Source: Alphaproteobacteria bacterium
GTDB lineage: Bacteria > Pseudomonadota > Alphaproteobacteria > UBA828
Length of the DNA: 64,000 bases
Direction of reading: 5' to 3'
Assembly: GCA_963422645.2 (NCBI GenBank)
Contig: CAXXVO010000007.1
Span: 808,542 to 872,541 of the forward strand
This document shows positions 41,352-52,337 of the stretch, one piece after another. How positions within the stretch are numbered: the stretch's first letter is position 1; the number at the start of each line of letters is the position of its first letter. The notes beneath the pieces were generated by a model. The model made no database searches, had not been told where the DNA came from, and saw only the letters and a program-made list of their open reading frames with translations. Both the position numbers and the translations under genes were made by a program.

Positions 41352-41380
41352 AAGGGACCGCCGTACTCGGCGGTCCCTTT
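41352..41380 (+). terminator. Intrinsic terminator between convergent genes
   Basis: 12-bp stem AAGGGACCGCCG-tact-CGGCGGTCCCTT plus T. Confidence 0.7.
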
Positions 41381-41423
41381 CCCCCTCGGTACGCTGGTGG
41401 GGTGGCGGCCGGGCCAGATTAGA

Positions 41424-41630
41424 CTATACCTCCGGCTTCTCCCTGGGCGGCCGGCGGGTCGCGGCCTCGACATCCTCGGCGCTCCAGCGCCGACCGTCGC
41501 GGGTGAGGAAGCCGCGAGCGTTGAGGTGCTGGGCCAGGGCCTCCGGGTCGCGCGCGCCGCGTGAGCGCGCGAACGCAAGCTCGGCCCGAATGCGGTCGGC
41601 GAAATAGTCGCTCTTTCTGCCCGTACTCAC
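41424..41630 (-). CDS. Small protein resembling a recombinase-type HTH
   Basis: LAQHLNARGFLTRDGRRWS resembles the serine-recombinase DNA-binding segment; starts 3 bp after the rhomboid stop. Confidence 0.5.
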   Translation of the reverse strand: MSTGRKSDYFADRIRAELAFARSRGARDPEALAQHLNARGFLTRDGRRWSAEDVEAATRRPPREKPEV

Positions 41631-41633
41631 GTC

Positions 41634-42548
41634 CTATTCCTTCCGCGACCAGGGACGCCGGGGCCGCCGTCCCCAGGGGCCGCTGCGGTCCCCCGGCGCA
41701 ACGCCGCCGTTGGGCCGGCTGGGCGGGGGCTCCTGCCACGGCGCGTCGCCGTCGGCTTCGGGATCGGCGACCTCGTCGGCAGGCGGCTCCTCCCAGGGCC
41801 CCATTCCGGGGCTCTCGGCCGCAGGCGGCGGCTGGTAGGGCGTCCGCCTCCGGGAGCGTGAGTAACCGCGGTCGAAGAGCGGCACGCCGCGCTTGCGCAT
41901 CGGCACCACCAGCAGCGCCCCGGCGGCGAAGCCGCCGATGTGGGCGTACCAGGCGACCCCACCCCCGGCCGGGCCGGCGACCAACGCGTTGAAGACCTGA
42001 TAGCCGATCCAGAGCCCGAGCACCGCCCAGGCGGGGAAGCGGATCGGCATGAAGAAGACCAGAATCCAGACGCCCCGCTTCGGGTGAAGCATGAAGTAGG
42101 CGCCGAGCACGCCGGAGACCGCGCCGCTCGCGCCGATGGTGGGGACCTGCGAGGCAGGCTCCACGGCTGCATGGGTGAGCCCCGCCACCGCGCCACAGAG
42201 CAGATAGAAGATCGCGAAGCGCCAGTGGCCCATCGCGTCTTCGACATTGTCGCCGAAAATCCAGAGATAGAGCATGTTGCCGAACAGGTGCATGAAGCCC
42301 CCGTGCAGGAACATCGAGGTCACGATGGTGAGCCAGGGGGTGATGGTCACCATGTCGGGCTCGCGCCGGAGCTCGCCCAGCACGGTCACGGGGATCATGC
42401 CGAGGCGAAAGACCAGCTCGGCATCGAACTGATCCCCGCCCAGCCACTGGACCACCCAGACGATGGTGCAGGCGAGGATCAGCGCCACCGTCACGAACTG
42501 GAAGCCGATGCGGTGGAGCGGATTGTCGTCCCTGAGCGGCAGAAACAT
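41634..42548 (-). CDS. Rhomboid intramembrane serine protease
   Basis: MFLHGGFMHLFGNMLYLWIFG, GASGAVSG, AWYAHIGGF. Confidence 0.95.
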   Translation of the reverse strand: MFLPLRDDNPLHRIGFQFVTVALILACTIVWVVQWLGGDQFDAELVFRLGMIPVTVLGELRREPDMVTITPWLTIVTSMFLHGGFMHLFGNMLYLWIFGDNVEDAMGHWRFAIFYLLCGAVAGLTHAAVEPASQVPTIGASGAVSGVLGAYFMLHPKRGVWILVFFMPIRFPAWAVLGLWIGYQVFNALVAGPAGGGVAWYAHIGGFAAGALLVVPMRKRGVPLFDRGYSRSRRRTPYQPPPAAESPGMGPWEEPPADEVADPEADGDAPWQEPPPSRPNGGVAPGDRSGPWGRRPRRPWSRKE

Positions 42549-42649
42549 CGGTCAGCTCCTGCCCCGGCAGCGGGGCCGGCGGTCGCGCCGGGGCCGCGTC
42601 AGAGTCTGCAGCATTATGGCGTCATTGCCGCAGGACCAGCGCCCGGCGT

Positions 42650-44113
42650 TCAGGCGTCGAGCTTCGCGCGCAGCGCCTCGTTCACCGCCTTCGGGTTGGC
42701 CTTGCCGCCTGAGGCCTTCATCACCTGGCCGACGAACCAGCCCGAGAGCTTCGTCTTGCCGCCGCGATAGTCAGCGACCCTGTCGGGATTCTCGGCGATC
42801 ACCTGCTCCACGAGCGTCTCGATCGCGCCCGTGTCGCTGACCTGCCTGAGGCCCTCCTGCTCGATGATGGTGTCGGCGTCCTTGCCGGTCGAGACGATGG
42901 CCTCGAACACGTCCTTGGCCGCCCGGTTCGAAACGGTGCCGTCCGCCACCCGGTCGATCAACGCGCCGAGGGCAGCGGCAGCGACCGGGCTCTGCTCGAT
43001 CCCGATCCCGGCCCGGTTGAGCGCGCCGAAGAGCGTGCCCGTGATCCAGTTGGCGGCCTGCTTGCCGTCGCGCCCCGCAGCCACTTCCTCGAAGTACTCC
43101 GCGATCTCGCGCTCCGCCACGAGCACGCCGGCGTCATAGGCCGAGAGGCCCAAGTCCGCCATGAAGCGCGCCTTCCGGGTGTCGGGCAGCTCCGGCAGTC
43201 GGGCGCGCTCGGCCTCCACCCAGGCGGGGTCGAGGGTGAGCGGCAACAGGTCGGGATCGGGGAAGTAGCGGTAGTCGTGGGCCTCTTCCTTGGAGCGCAT
43301 GGAGCGCGTCTCGCCCCGCTCGGAATCGAAGAGGCGTGTCTCCAGCTCGATCGCGCCGCCCTCCTCCAGCACCCCGACCTGGCGCTCGGCCTCGATCTCG
43401 ATCGCCCTCATGACGAAGCGGACCGAGTTGAGGTTCTTGACCTCGCAGCGCGTCCCCAGCTCCCCGCCCGGCCGACGCACCGAGACGTTGACGTCAGCGC
43501 GCAGCGAGCCCTGCTCCATGTTGCCGTCGCAGGTGCCGATGTAGCGCAGGATGGAGCGCAGCTTGCGCAGGTAGAGGCCGGCCTCCTCCGGGCTCCTGAT
43601 GTCGGGCTCGGAGACGATCTCCATTAGTGCCACGCCGGCGCGGTTGAGGTCCACGCAGGTGGCGTCCGCGCGGCGGTCGTGGATGCTCTTGCCGGCGTCC
43701 ATCTCCAGGTGCAGCCGGGTGATTCCGATGGTCCGCTGCGACCCGTCCTCCAGGTCGAGCGTGACCCGGCCCTCACCCACGATGGGTCGCGAATACTGCG
43801 AGATCTGATAGCCGGGCGGCAGGTCGGGGTAGAAATAGTTCTTGCGGTCGAACACCGATGTCAGGTTGATCTCGGCCTCCAGCGCGAGCCCGGTGCGCAC
43901 GGCTTGCGCCACGCAATGGCTGTTGATCACCGGCAGCATGCCGGGCATCGCGGCATCGACGAGCGAAACCTGGGTGTTGGGCTCGGCGCCGAAGGCTGTG
44001 GGCGCGGTGGAGAAGAGCTTGGCCTCCGAGACCACCTGGGCGTGGATCTCCAGCCCGACCGCGATCTCCCAGTCGCCGTCGCGGCCTCTGATCCGGTAGC
44101 CGCCCGCGCTCAC
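42650..44113 (-). CDS. gatB: Asp/Glu-tRNA amidotransferase subunit B
   Basis: [29 protein letters not shown]. Confidence 0.97.
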   Translation of the reverse strand: MSAGGYRIRGRDGDWEIAVGLEIHAQVVSEAKLFSTAPTAFGAEPNTQVSLVDAAMPGMLPVINSHCVAQAVRTGLALEAEINLTSVFDRKNYFYPDLPPGYQISQYSRPIVGEGRVTLDLEDGSQRTIGITRLHLEMDAGKSIHDRRADATCVDLNRAGVALMEIVSEPDIRSPEEAGLYLRKLRSILRYIGTCDGNMEQGSLRADVNVSVRRPGGELGTRCEVKNLNSVRFVMRAIEIEAERQVGVLEEGGAIELETRLFDSERGETRSMRSKEEAHDYRYFPDPDLLPLTLDPAWVEAERARLPELPDTRKARFMADLGLSAYDAGVLVAEREIAEYFEEVAAGRDGKQAANWITGTLFGALNRAGIGIEQSPVAAAALGALIDRVADGTVSNRAAKDVFEAIVSTGKDADTIIEQEGLRQVSDTGAIETLVEQVIAENPDRVADYRGGKTKLSGWFVGQVMKASGGKANPKAVNEALRAKLDA

Positions 44114-45597
44114 GCCGCGCCTCCCGCCCCGCTCCGGTTGGGGCGATGGCTGAAGCCGGCGGCGCTCTCCAGCACGCCGGCCGTGCGGAAGAGCGTGGGC
44201 TCGTCGAAGGGCCGCGCGATCAGGTGGAGGCCGAGCGGCAGCCCGTCGCCCGTAAGCCCGGCTGGCACCGAGATCGCGGGCAGGCCCGCGAGGCTCGCCG
44301 GCACCGTGAACACGTCGTTCAGGTACATGGCGATGGGGTCGTCCATCTTCTCGCCGATGGCGAAGGCGGCGAAGGGCGCGGTCGGCGTCAGCACCGCGTC
44401 CACGGTCTCGAAGGCGCTCTCAAAGTCGCGCGCGATCAGCGTCCGCACCTTCTGCGCCTTCAGGTAGTAGGCGTCGTAGTAGCCGGCCGAAAGCACGTAG
44501 GTGCCGATCAGGATGCGCCGCCTGACCTCGCGCCCGAAGCCCGCCGCGCGTGTCCTGGCGTACATCTCGGTGGAGTCGTCGCCCTCGACGCGCAGCCCGT
44601 AGCGGACCCCGTCATAGCGCGCGAGGTTGGAAGAGGCCTCCGCCGGCGCCACGATATAGTACGTGGGCAGCGCGTACTTGGTGAGCGGCAGTGAGATATC
44701 GACGACCTTCGCGCCTGCGTCGCGAAACCAGCGCACGCCCTCGGCCCAGAGCGCCTCGATCTCCGCCGGCATGCCCTCCATCCGGTATTCCGCCGGCACG
44801 CCGATGGTGAGGTCGCGCACGTCGCCGGTGAGGCTCGCCCTGTAGTCGGGGACCGGGCGGTCGATGGAGGTCGAATCCTTGGGATCGTGGCCCGCCATCG
44901 CCTGCAGCATCAGCGCGGCGTCCTCGACCGTGCGCGTTAGCGGGCCGGCCTGGTCGAGCGAAGAGGCGAAGGCGATCATGCCCCAGCGCGAGCAGCGGCC
45001 GTACGTGGGCTTCATACCGACGATGCCGCAGAAGGCCCCCGGCTGGCGGATCGAGCCGCCGGTATCGGTCCCCGTGGCGCCGAGGCAGAGCCCCGCGGCC
45101 ACGGCCGCCGCCGAGCCGCCGGAACTGCCGCCCGGAACCAGCGGCTTGTCCTCGCCCTGCCGGCGCCAGGGGTTGATGACCGGGCCGTCGGCGCTGGTCA
45201 CGTTGGCCGAGCCCATGGCGAACTCGTCCATGTTGGTCTTGCCCAGCATGAGCGCGCCCGCGTCCCAGAGATTGGCGGTGACGGTCGATTCGTAGGGCGG
45301 CTCGAAGCCGTCGAGGATCTTGGAGCAGGCCTGGCTACGAACGCCGCGGGTGCAGAAGAGGTCCTTGACCGCGAGCGGGATACCTTCGAGCAGACGACCT
45401 TCGCCGGCCGCGAGCCGCGCATCGGCGGCATCCGCGTTGGCGCGCGCGGCGTCGAAGGTCTCGGCGACGAAGGCGTTGAGGTCGCGCCCGGCTTCGACGG
45501 CCGCGATATGCGCGTCGGTCAGTTCGCGCGCCGAGAACTTCCGCGCTGCAAGCCCGGCGCGGGCATCGGCGATGGTGAGCGCAGTCAGCGCGCTCAC
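44110..45597 (-). CDS. gatA: Glu-tRNA amidotransferase subunit A
   Basis: [31 protein letters not shown]. Confidence 0.97.
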   Translation of the reverse strand: MSALTALTIADARAGLAARKFSARELTDAHIAAVEAGRDLNAFVAETFDAARANADAADARLAAGEGRLLEGIPLAVKDLFCTRGVRSQACSKILDGFEPPYESTVTANLWDAGALMLGKTNMDEFAMGSANVTSADGPVINPWRRQGEDKPLVPGGSSGGSAAAVAAGLCLGATGTDTGGSIRQPGAFCGIVGMKPTYGRCSRWGMIAFASSLDQAGPLTRTVEDAALMLQAMAGHDPKDSTSIDRPVPDYRASLTGDVRDLTIGVPAEYRMEGMPAEIEALWAEGVRWFRDAGAKVVDISLPLTKYALPTYYIVAPAEASSNLARYDGVRYGLRVEGDDSTEMYARTRAAGFGREVRRRILIGTYVLSAGYYDAYYLKAQKVRTLIARDFESAFETVDAVLTPTAPFAAFAIGEKMDDPIAMYLNDVFTVPASLAGLPAISVPAGLTGDGLPLGLHLIARPFDEPTLFRTAGVLESAAGFSHRPNRSGAGGAA

Positions 45598-45881
45598 TCG
45601 ATCACCTTGGGCACGACGAAGAAACCGTCGTCCGCCTCCGGTGCATTGGCCAGCAAGTCGTCGGTCGGTGCGCCAGCCGAAGCGTCGTCGTCCCGTTGCG
45701 GGAGCGTCGAGGCAATGGCGCCGGTCATCGGCTCGACGCCCTCGGTATCCACCTCGCCCAGCTGCTCGACCCAGGCGAGGATGCCGTTCAGCTCCTGCGC
45801 CATGGGCTCGAGCGCGTCCTCCTCCATCGCGATGCGCGAGAGGCGGGCGATCCGCACGACGGTATCCTTGTCAATGCTCAT
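45594..45881 (-). CDS. gatC: Asp/Glu-tRNA amidotransferase subunit C
   Basis: IARLSRI...[14 protein letters not shown]. Confidence 0.96.
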   Translation of the reverse strand: MSIDKDTVVRIARLSRIAMEEDALEPMAQELNGILAWVEQLGEVDTEGVEPMTGAIASTLPQRDDDASAGAPTDDLLANAPEADDGFFVVPKVIE

Positions 45882-47014
45882 TGCCGGCCCTGCTCCTGCC
45901 AGCGGGCGAGCACGTCGGGCGCGCTCACGTAGTCCACGGGCGGGCGCGGCGGCGGCGGCTTGCCGTCGATCCAGCCGGGGAAAAGAATCTCGTATGCGGG
46001 CGTCGGGTCATCGTGCCGGCGCAGCATCTGCCGCGCCTTGATCTGCGGGTGCTCCGGCACGTCTTCCAGCCGATGAACCGGCTCGTAGCAGCAGTCGACG
46101 CCCTCCATCATCTCGTTCATCTCGTCGAGGGACTTGCCGCCCACGAAGGCGGCAACCTCGCCGATCAGCGCGTCCTGCGGCCGGGGCTCCCACTGGCGCC
46201 CGATCCATTCGGGCCGGCCGCAGGCGGTGCAGAAGTTGGCCCAGAACTTGTCCTCGAGCGCGCCCAGCGTGATGAAGCGGCCGTCGCTGGTTTCGTAGAT
46301 GTTGTAGAAGGCCGCACCGCCGTTCGGGAACTGCGCGCCGCGCGCGGCATCCCATTCCTTGTGGAAGAGCCCGTTGAGCGCCCACACCTGCCAGGGCAGC
46401 ACGGTCTCGGCGATGCTGACGTCGATGGCGGCGCCGCGCCCGCCTTCACTCCGACTACGGCCGATCAACCCGCCCATGATGCTGAGTGCAGCCTGCATCC
46501 CGCTCGCGAAATCGGCGGTGGGTGGGAAGGAGACGATCGGCCGCTCGGGCACGCCGGAGCGCTCCAGCCCGCCCATGAGCCCCATGTAGTTGATGTCGTG
46601 CCCGCCGCGCAGGCGATAAGGCCCTTCCAGGCCCCAACCCGAGAGCGAGCACGAAACTATACCGGGGTTCATCTCGTGCAGCGCCTCGTGGCCGAAGCCG
46701 AGGCGGTCCAGCACGCCGGGCCGGTAGGATTCGAGGAATGCGTCGGACTGCTCCACCAGGGCGCGGAAGTCGCGCTTGCCGTCGTCCGACTTGAGGTCGA
46801 TCTCCACCACGGTCTTGCCGCCGTTCACCATGCGGTACCAGATCGAGACGCCGGCTTCGTCCTTGGGCCCGACGCCCCGCATCGGCTCCCCGCCCGGCGG
46901 CTCGACCTTGATCACCTCGGCCCCGAGATCGGCCAGGATCAGTGTCCCGTACGGCCCGGGGATGTACTGGCTGAGGTCGAGGACCCTCAGCCCGGTGAGG
47001 AAGGGGATGGGCAC
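45878..47014 (-). CDS. CaiB/BaiF family III CoA transferase
   Basis: [35 protein letters not shown]. Confidence 0.92.
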   Translation of the reverse strand: MPIPFLTGLRVLDLSQYIPGPYGTLILADLGAEVIKVEPPGGEPMRGVGPKDEAGVSIWYRMVNGGKTVVEIDLKSDDGKRDFRALVEQSDAFLESYRPGVLDRLGFGHEALHEMNPGIVSCSLSGWGLEGPYRLRGGHDINYMGLMGGLERSGVPERPIVSFPPTADFASGMQAALSIMGGLIGRSRSEGGRGAAIDVSIAETVLPWQVWALNGLFHKEWDAARGAQFPNGGAAFYNIYETSDGRFITLGALEDKFWANFCTACGRPEWIGRQWEPRPQDALIGEVAAFVGGKSLDEMNEMMEGVDCCYEPVHRLEDVPEHPQIKARQMLRRHDDPTPAYEILFPGWIDGKPPPPRPPVDYVSAPDVLARWQEQGRQ

Positions 47015-47032
47015 CGCGCCGAGTGCAGCCGG

Positions 47033-49375
47033 TCAGGACGCGTATTCAGGCACGCGGGGGCGCTTGCCGGAGCCGCCGCGCCGGCCGGAACCGCCGCCGC
47101 CCTTGCGGCCGGATGCATCGGGTGCCGGGAAGCTGAATGTGAGCTTGCCGTCCTTGAGGCCAACCTGCACGCGCCCGCCCTTGGCCAGTTTGCCGAACAG
47201 GAGCTCGTCGGCGAGCGGCTTCTTGACTTCCTCCTGGATCAGCCGCGCGAGCGGCCGGGCGCCGTAGGTGGGATCGTAACCGTTTTCGGCAAGCCAGGTC
47301 CGCGCGGCCGCGCTCAGCTCGATCGTGACGTTGCGATCAGCAAGCTGCTCTTCCAGCTGGATGATGAACTTGTCCACCACGCGCACGATCACCTCCGGCG
47401 AGAGCGCGGCGAAGCGGATCACGGCATCGAGCCGGTTGCGGAACTCCGGCGCGAACATCCGCTTGATCGCCTCCTCGTCGTCGCCCTCGCGCTCCGTCCG
47501 GGCGAAGCCGATCGGCGGCTTGGCGAGCTCGGCGGCACCGGCGTTGGTGGTCATGATGAGGATGACGTTGCCGAAATCGACCGACTTGCCGTTGTGATCG
47601 GTTAGCTTCCCGTAGTCCATGATCTGCAGGAGGATGTTGAAGAGGTCGGGGTGCGCCTTCTCGATCTCGTCCAGCAGCAGGACCATGTGCGGGTTCTGGT
47701 CGGCAGCGTCGGTGAGCAGGCCGCCCTGATCGAAGCCGACGTAGCCGGGCGGCGCGCCGATCAGGCGCGAGACCGAGTGCCGCTCCATGTACTCGCTCAT
47801 GTCGAAGCGGACGAGCTCGACGCCCATCACGTGGGCAAGCTGGCGCGCGACCTCGGTCTTGCCGACCCCGGTCGGCCCGCTGAAGAGGTAGCAGCCGACC
47901 GGCTTGCCGGGCTCGCGCAGGCCCGCCCGGGACATCTTGATTGCGGTCGCCACTGCGGCGATCGCCTCGTCCTGGCCGAAGACCACGGTCTTCAGGTCGC
48001 GCTCCAGGCTCTCCAGGATCGTCTTGTCGCCCCGGCTCACGTTCTTGGGTGGGATCCGGGCGATCTTCGCCACCACGCCCTCGACGTCCTTCACGCCGAC
48101 GGTCTTGCGCCGCTTCGATTCCGGCAGCAGGCGCTGCGAGGCGCCGACCTCGTCGATCACGTCGATGGCCTTGTCGGGGAGCCTGCGGTCGTTGATGTAG
48201 CGGCTGGCGAGCTCGACGGCGGTGCGGATCGCCTCCGCCGTGTAGCGCACGCCGTGGTGCTCCTCGTAATAGGGCTTGAGCCCGCGCAGGATCTTGACCG
48301 TCTCGTCGACGCTTGGCTCGTTCACGTCGATCTTCTGGAAGCGCCGGACCAGCGCGCGGTCCTTCTCGAAGTAGTTGCGATATTCCCTGTAGGTGGTCGA
48401 CCCGATGCAGCGCAGCGTGCCGCTCTGCAGCGCGGGCTTCAGCAGGTTCGAAGCATCCATGGCACCGCCGCTGGTCGCGCCCGCGCCGATGACCGTGTGA
48501 ATCTCGTCGATGAAGAGGATCGCGTTTTCGTGGGCCTCGATCTCGCCAAGCACCGCCTTGATCCGCTCCTCGAAGTCGCCGCGGTAGCGCGTGCCGGCGA
48601 GCAGCGCGCCCATGTCCAGCGCGAAGATCGTGGCGCCGTCGAGCACCTGCGGCACTTCGCCGTGTTCGATGCGCCGCGCCAGCCCTTCGGCGAGCGCCGT
48701 CTTGCCCACGCCCGCATCGCCGACATAGAGCGGGTTGTTCTTGGTGCGGCGGCAGAGCACCTGGATGGTGCGCTCGATCTCGGCGTGGCGGCCGATCAGC
48801 GGGTCGATCCGCCCGGCATTGGCCTTGGCGTTCAGGTTGACGCAATAGGCATCGAGCGCCGCCGGCCCTTCCTTGACGATGTTCTCCTCGCGGGCGTCGT
48901 CGTCGGCGCCGGAGACGCCCTCGCCCGGTCCCGACTGGCCGGGGACCTTGGCGATCCGGTGCGAGATGTAGTTGACCGCGTCGTAGCGCGACATGTCCTG
49001 CTCTTGCAGGAAGTAGACCGCATGGGATTCGCGCTCGGAGAAGATCGCCACCAGGATGTTGGCGCCGGTGACCTCGGAATGGCCGGAGGACTGCACGTGC
49101 AGGACGGCGCGCTGGACCACCCGCTGGAAGCCTGTGGTGGGTTTGGCCTCGACCGCCTCCTCGGTGGCCAGGCTCTCCAGCTCTTCATCGATGAAGGTCT
49201 CGAGCTCGCGTTCGAGCCGCTCCAGATCGACGCCGCAGGCCTTGAACACGGCGATGGCGTCGGGATCCTCCAGCAGCGCGTAGAGCAGGTGTTCGAGGGT
49301 CGCAAACTCCTGCCGCCGCTCGACCGCAAGCGCCAGCGCGCGGTGCAGGCTCTTTTCGAGATCGCGGGAGAGCAT
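47033..49375 (-). CDS. clpA: ATP-dependent Clp protease ATPase ClpA
   Basis: Two AAA modules (GDAGVGKT, GPTGVGKT), RLIGAPPGYVG; downstream of clpS. Confidence 0.97.
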   Translation of the reverse strand: MLSRDLEKSLHRALALAVERRQEFATLEHLLYALLEDPDAIAVFKACGVDLERLERELETFIDEELESLATEEAVEAKPTTGFQRVVQRAVLHVQSSGHSEVTGANILVAIFSERESHAVYFLQEQDMSRYDAVNYISHRIAKVPGQSGPGEGVSGADDDAREENIVKEGPAALDAYCVNLNAKANAGRIDPLIGRHAEIERTIQVLCRRTKNNPLYVGDAGVGKTALAEGLARRIEHGEVPQVLDGATIFALDMGALLAGTRYRGDFEERIKAVLGEIEAHENAILFIDEIHTVIGAGATSGGAMDASNLLKPALQSGTLRCIGSTTYREYRNYFEKDRALVRRFQKIDVNEPSVDETVKILRGLKPYYEEHHGVRYTAEAIRTAVELASRYINDRRLPDKAIDVIDEVGASQRLLPESKRRKTVGVKDVEGVVAKIARIPPKNVSRGDKTILESLERDLKTVVFGQDEAIAAVATAIKMSRAGLREPGKPVGCYLFSGPTGVGKTEVARQLAHVMGVELVRFDMSEYMERHSVSRLIGAPPGYVGFDQGGLLTDAADQNPHMVLLLDEIEKAHPDLFNILLQIMDYGKLTDHNGKSVDFGNVILIMTTNAGAAELAKPPIGFARTEREGDDEEAIKRMFAPEFRNRLDAVIRFAALSPEVIVRVVDKFIIQLEEQLADRNVTIELSAAARTWLAENGYDPTYGARPLARLIQEEVKKPLADELLFGKLAKGGRVQVGLKDGKLTFSFPAPDASGRKGGGGSGRRGGSGKRPRVPEYAS

Positions 49376-49382
49376 GCGCCGG

Positions 49383-49709
49383 TTACTCCTTCTCCATCGT
49401 GCACTGCAGCGGGTGCTCGTTGCGCCGCGCGAATTCGCAGACCTGCTTCACCTTGGTCTCCGCGACCTCATAGGAATAGACGCCGCAGACGCCCACACCC
49501 CGCCGGTGCACATGGAGCATGATCGTCGTCGCCCGCTGCTCGTCCATCCCGAAAAACCGCATCAGCACGATGACCACGAACTCCATCGGCGTGTAGTCGT
49601 CGTTCAGCAGCAAGACCTTGTACATCGACGGCTTCTTGGTCTCGCTGCGGGACTTCGTGATGACCGAGGAATCGTCGCCGGGCCGTCCGGTTGTCCGTTG
49701 ATCCGACAT
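49383..49709 (-). CDS. clpS: Clp protease adaptor ClpS
   Basis: [24 protein letters not shown]. Confidence 0.97.
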   Translation of the reverse strand: MSDQRTTGRPGDDSSVITKSRSETKKPSMYKVLLLNDDYTPMEFVVIVLMRFFGMDEQRATTIMLHVHRRGVGVCGVYSYEVAETKVKQVCEFARRNEHPLQCTMEKE

Positions 49710-49720
49710 CGCTCACGTCA

Positions 49721-49788
49721 TCCCGCGTTCGCCACGCGAACGACACCCCGCGTTCGCCACGCGAACGACACCCCGCGTTCGCCGCGCG
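49721..49788. repeat. Tandem 25-bp repeat (about 2.7 units) with internal hairpin
   Basis: Unit CCCCGCGTTCGCCACGCGAACGACA; the two full units contain CGTTCGC-cac-GCGAACG. Confidence 0.85.
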
Positions 49789-49834
49789 TGCCGAGCCGCA
49801 CTATAACATGGGGAGCAGAACAGGACGCGCAACG

Positions 49835-50257
49835 TCAGCCGACGATATCGGTCTCAGCGAAGAAGAACGCGATCTCGATAGCCGCGTTCTCCGGCGAATC
49901 CGAGCCGTGCACTGAGTTGGCCTCCACCGACTCGCCGAAGTCCTTGCGGATGGTTCCCTCGTCGGCGTTGGCCGGGTTGGTCGCCCCCATGATCGTGCGG
50001 TTAGCCTCGACCGCGTTCTCGCCCTGCAGCACCTGAACCACGACGGGGCCCGAGGTCATGAAGGCGCAGAGGTCGCCGTAGAACGCGCGTTCCTTGTGGA
50101 CCTCGTAGAAGGCGCGCGCCTGGGTCTCCGTCAACCTGACCCGGCGCTGGGCGACGATGGAAAGACCGGCTTCCTCGAAGCGCTGGTTGATGGCGCCCGT
50201 CAGGTTGCGGCGGGTGGCATCGGGCTTGATGATCGAAAGGGTGCGCTGGGTCGCCAT
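49835..50257 (-). CDS. ndk: Nucleoside diphosphate kinase
   Basis: [18 protein letters not shown]. Confidence 0.97.
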   Translation of the reverse strand: MATQRTLSIIKPDATRRNLTGAINQRFEEAGLSIVAQRRVRLTETQARAFYEVHKERAFYGDLCAFMTSGPVVVQVLQGENAVEANRTIMGATNPANADEGTIRKDFGESVEANSVHGSDSPENAAIEIAFFFAETDIVG

Positions 50258-50340
50258 GGGTTCTCCCCCGTGCTGTGACGGCGGGCCCTTATAGAGTTTG
50301 GGCACCCGAGCGGCAACGGCGGGAATGGGCGTGCGAGCCG

Positions 50341-50799
50341 CTACCGGCGCACTTCGAAGAAACGCCGCAGCAGCTCCGCGGCGCGCGCCTCCTGCACGCC
50401 GCCGATGACCTCGGGCCGGTGGTGGCAGGTGGGCTGCTGGAAGATGCGTGCGCCGTGCTCGACCCCGCCGCCCTTGGGGTCGGCGGCGCCGAAGTAGAGC
50501 CGGCGCAGCCGGGCGAAGGCGATCGCCTGGGCGCACATGGCGCAGGGCTCCAGCGTGACGTAGATGTCGCAATCCACGAGCCGCGCCGTGCCCCGTGTGG
50601 CTGCGGCGGCACGGATGGCCAGCATCTCGGCGTGCGCCGTCGGGTCGTGCGTCGCTTCGGTCTCGTTGCCGGCCCGCGCCAGCACCGCGCCGGTGCGCCC
50701 GTCGACCACGACCGCGCCCACCGGCACCTCGCCCCGATCACGCGCCGCCTCGGCCTCGGCCATGGCGAGATCCATGGGGAAGGGCGATTCACTTAGCAT
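50341..50799 (-). CDS. tadA: tRNA adenosine deaminase
   Basis: [21 protein letters not shown]. Confidence 0.92.
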   Translation of the reverse strand: MLSESPFPMDLAMAEAEAARDRGEVPVGAVVVDGRTGAVLARAGNETEATHDPTAHAEMLAIRAAAATRGTARLVDCDIYVTLEPCAMCAQAIAFARLRRLYFGAADPKGGGVEHGARIFQQPTCHHRPEVIGGVQEARAAELLRRFFEVRR

Positions 50800-50911
50800 G
50801 GCCGCAGGGTCCAGCCGGTCCTTCGGCGGGTCAAGAGGGCGCGTTGCGGGCGCTGGTGCAGGCTCGTGTCACTCGGTTGCGGCGGGCTCGCGGCACTCCT
50901 ACAGTCCGCCG

Positions 50912-51625
50912 ATGGCAGCACCCGTCATCGGTCTCACCCTCGATTCCGAGCCGCCCGGCGGCTATTCCGGCGAGCCCTGGTACGCGATCCGCGAGAATTA
51001 CTGCACAGCGGTCGCGGCGGCGGGCGGAATTCCGATCGCGCTGCCGCACGAGCCGGAGCTCGCGGAACGCTATCTGGAGACGGTGGACGGCCTGATCATC
51101 ACCGGCGGCGCCTTCGACGTGGACCCAGCCCTCTTCGGCGCCGCGTCAAGGCACGAGACCGTCACCACCAAGGACCGCCGCACCGCCTTCGAGCTTGCCA
51201 TCACCCGCAACGCGCACCAGAGGGCGGTGCCCTCCCTCGGCATCTGCGGCGGACAGCAACTGATGAACGTGGCGCTCGGCGGCACCCTCATCCAGCACAT
51301 CCCGGACGCGGTACCCGATGCCTTGGCGCACGAGCAGCCCAACCCACGCACCGAGCCGGGCCACACGGTCTCGCTGGAAGCCGGCAGCGTGCTGCAGGCC
51401 ATCGTCGGCAGCGACGCAATGCAGGTGAACAGCGCCCATCACCAGGCCGTCGCCGAGGCGGCCCCCGGCCTCGTGGTCAATGCGCTGGCGCCGGACGGCG
51501 TGATCGAGGGCATCGAGGACCCAATGCACCGCTGGTTCGTCGGCGTGCAGTGGCACCCGGAGTACGCGATCGACCCCGGCGATGCCCGTATCTTCCGCTC
51601 TCTAATCGAGGCTTGTGTGACTTAA
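50912..51625 (+). CDS. Peptidase C26/gamma-glutamyl-GABA hydrolase family glutamine amidotransferase
   Basis: LGICGGQQ, VNSAHHQAV, GVQWHPE. Confidence 0.9.
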   Translation: MAAPVIGLTLDSEPPGGYSGEPWYAIRENYCTAVAAAGGIPIALPHEPELAERYLETVDGLIITGGAFDVDPALFGAASRHETVTTKDRRTAFELAITRNAHQRAVPSLGICGGQQLMNVALGGTLIQHIPDAVPDALAHEQPNPRTEPGHTVSLEAGSVLQAIVGSDAMQVNSAHHQAVAEAAPGLVVNALAPDGVIEGIEDPMHRWFVGVQWHPEYAIDPGDARIFRSLIEACVT

Positions 51626-51659
51626 GATTCCGCGCGCGCCAGGCTTCGCGGGCGCGTGG

Positions 51660-52295
51660 CTACGGCCGCCAGCCGAAGGGCGCGTAGTGACCGTTGTGGC
51701 CCCCCGCCGCATCGTCCCAGTCGATGCCGAAGGCGTGGAGGTGGCTGTGGGTCCCGATGGCGAGGTGCAGGCGCTTGTTGGCGGGATGGGCCGTGTTGTC
51801 GATCATGATGGTCTCGGAGGGATCGGGCAGGCTGGGCACGCCCTCGGCCCCATGGCTGAGCAGGTCGCCGGCTGTGATCGAGAAGCCCATCTCCCGCCGC
51901 TCGATCTTGATCGGCGCCCGCTCGACGCCGGCGAAGGTGCCGATGAGCGGCGCCATCAACGCCATCGGGCCGCCCTCGTCACCGGAGCAGATGCGGCCGA
52001 TGGCCTCCACTTGGCTCTCGCTCGCCCGCTCGTCGATGATGAGACCGAGGGTCCAGTTGCCGTCGCCCATGGGTCCCGCCACCATCGCCGCGGTGACGAA
52101 GGCCACGCCGTCGAGGCGGGTGTCGCCGTAGTGCCCCTCCGCAATGTCCAGCACGATCACGACCTCGCAGACGCCGTCGGTCGGCATCGCGGTCATGTTG
52201 GTGAAGATGCAGGGGCAGAGGTAATCGCAGCTGCAGGTCTCGAAATAGTCGCCCTTGATGTGCCAGTCAGCCCCGCTCATGGCCGTGCCCTCCAT
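51660..52295 (-). CDS. DUF1326-family protein
   Basis: W.IKGDYFETCSCDYLCPC, G.YGDTRLDG, IIDERAS. Confidence 0.75.
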   Translation of the reverse strand: MEGTAMSGADWHIKGDYFETCSCDYLCPCIFTNMTAMPTDGVCEVVIVLDIAEGHYGDTRLDGVAFVTAAMVAGPMGDGNWTLGLIIDERASESQVEAIGRICSGDEGGPMALMAPLIGTFAGVERAPIKIERREMGFSITAGDLLSHGAEGVPSLPDPSETIMIDNTAHPANKRLHLAIGTHSHLHAFGIDWDDAAGGHNGHYAPFGWRP

Positions 52296-52337
52296 CGCTC
52301 CAACACATCACCATAGCACGGCCCGTGCGGACGGCGA

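Noticed and set aside
49721-49788. Possible mini-CRISPR
   Set aside because: Units are contiguous with no spacers and there are no cas genes
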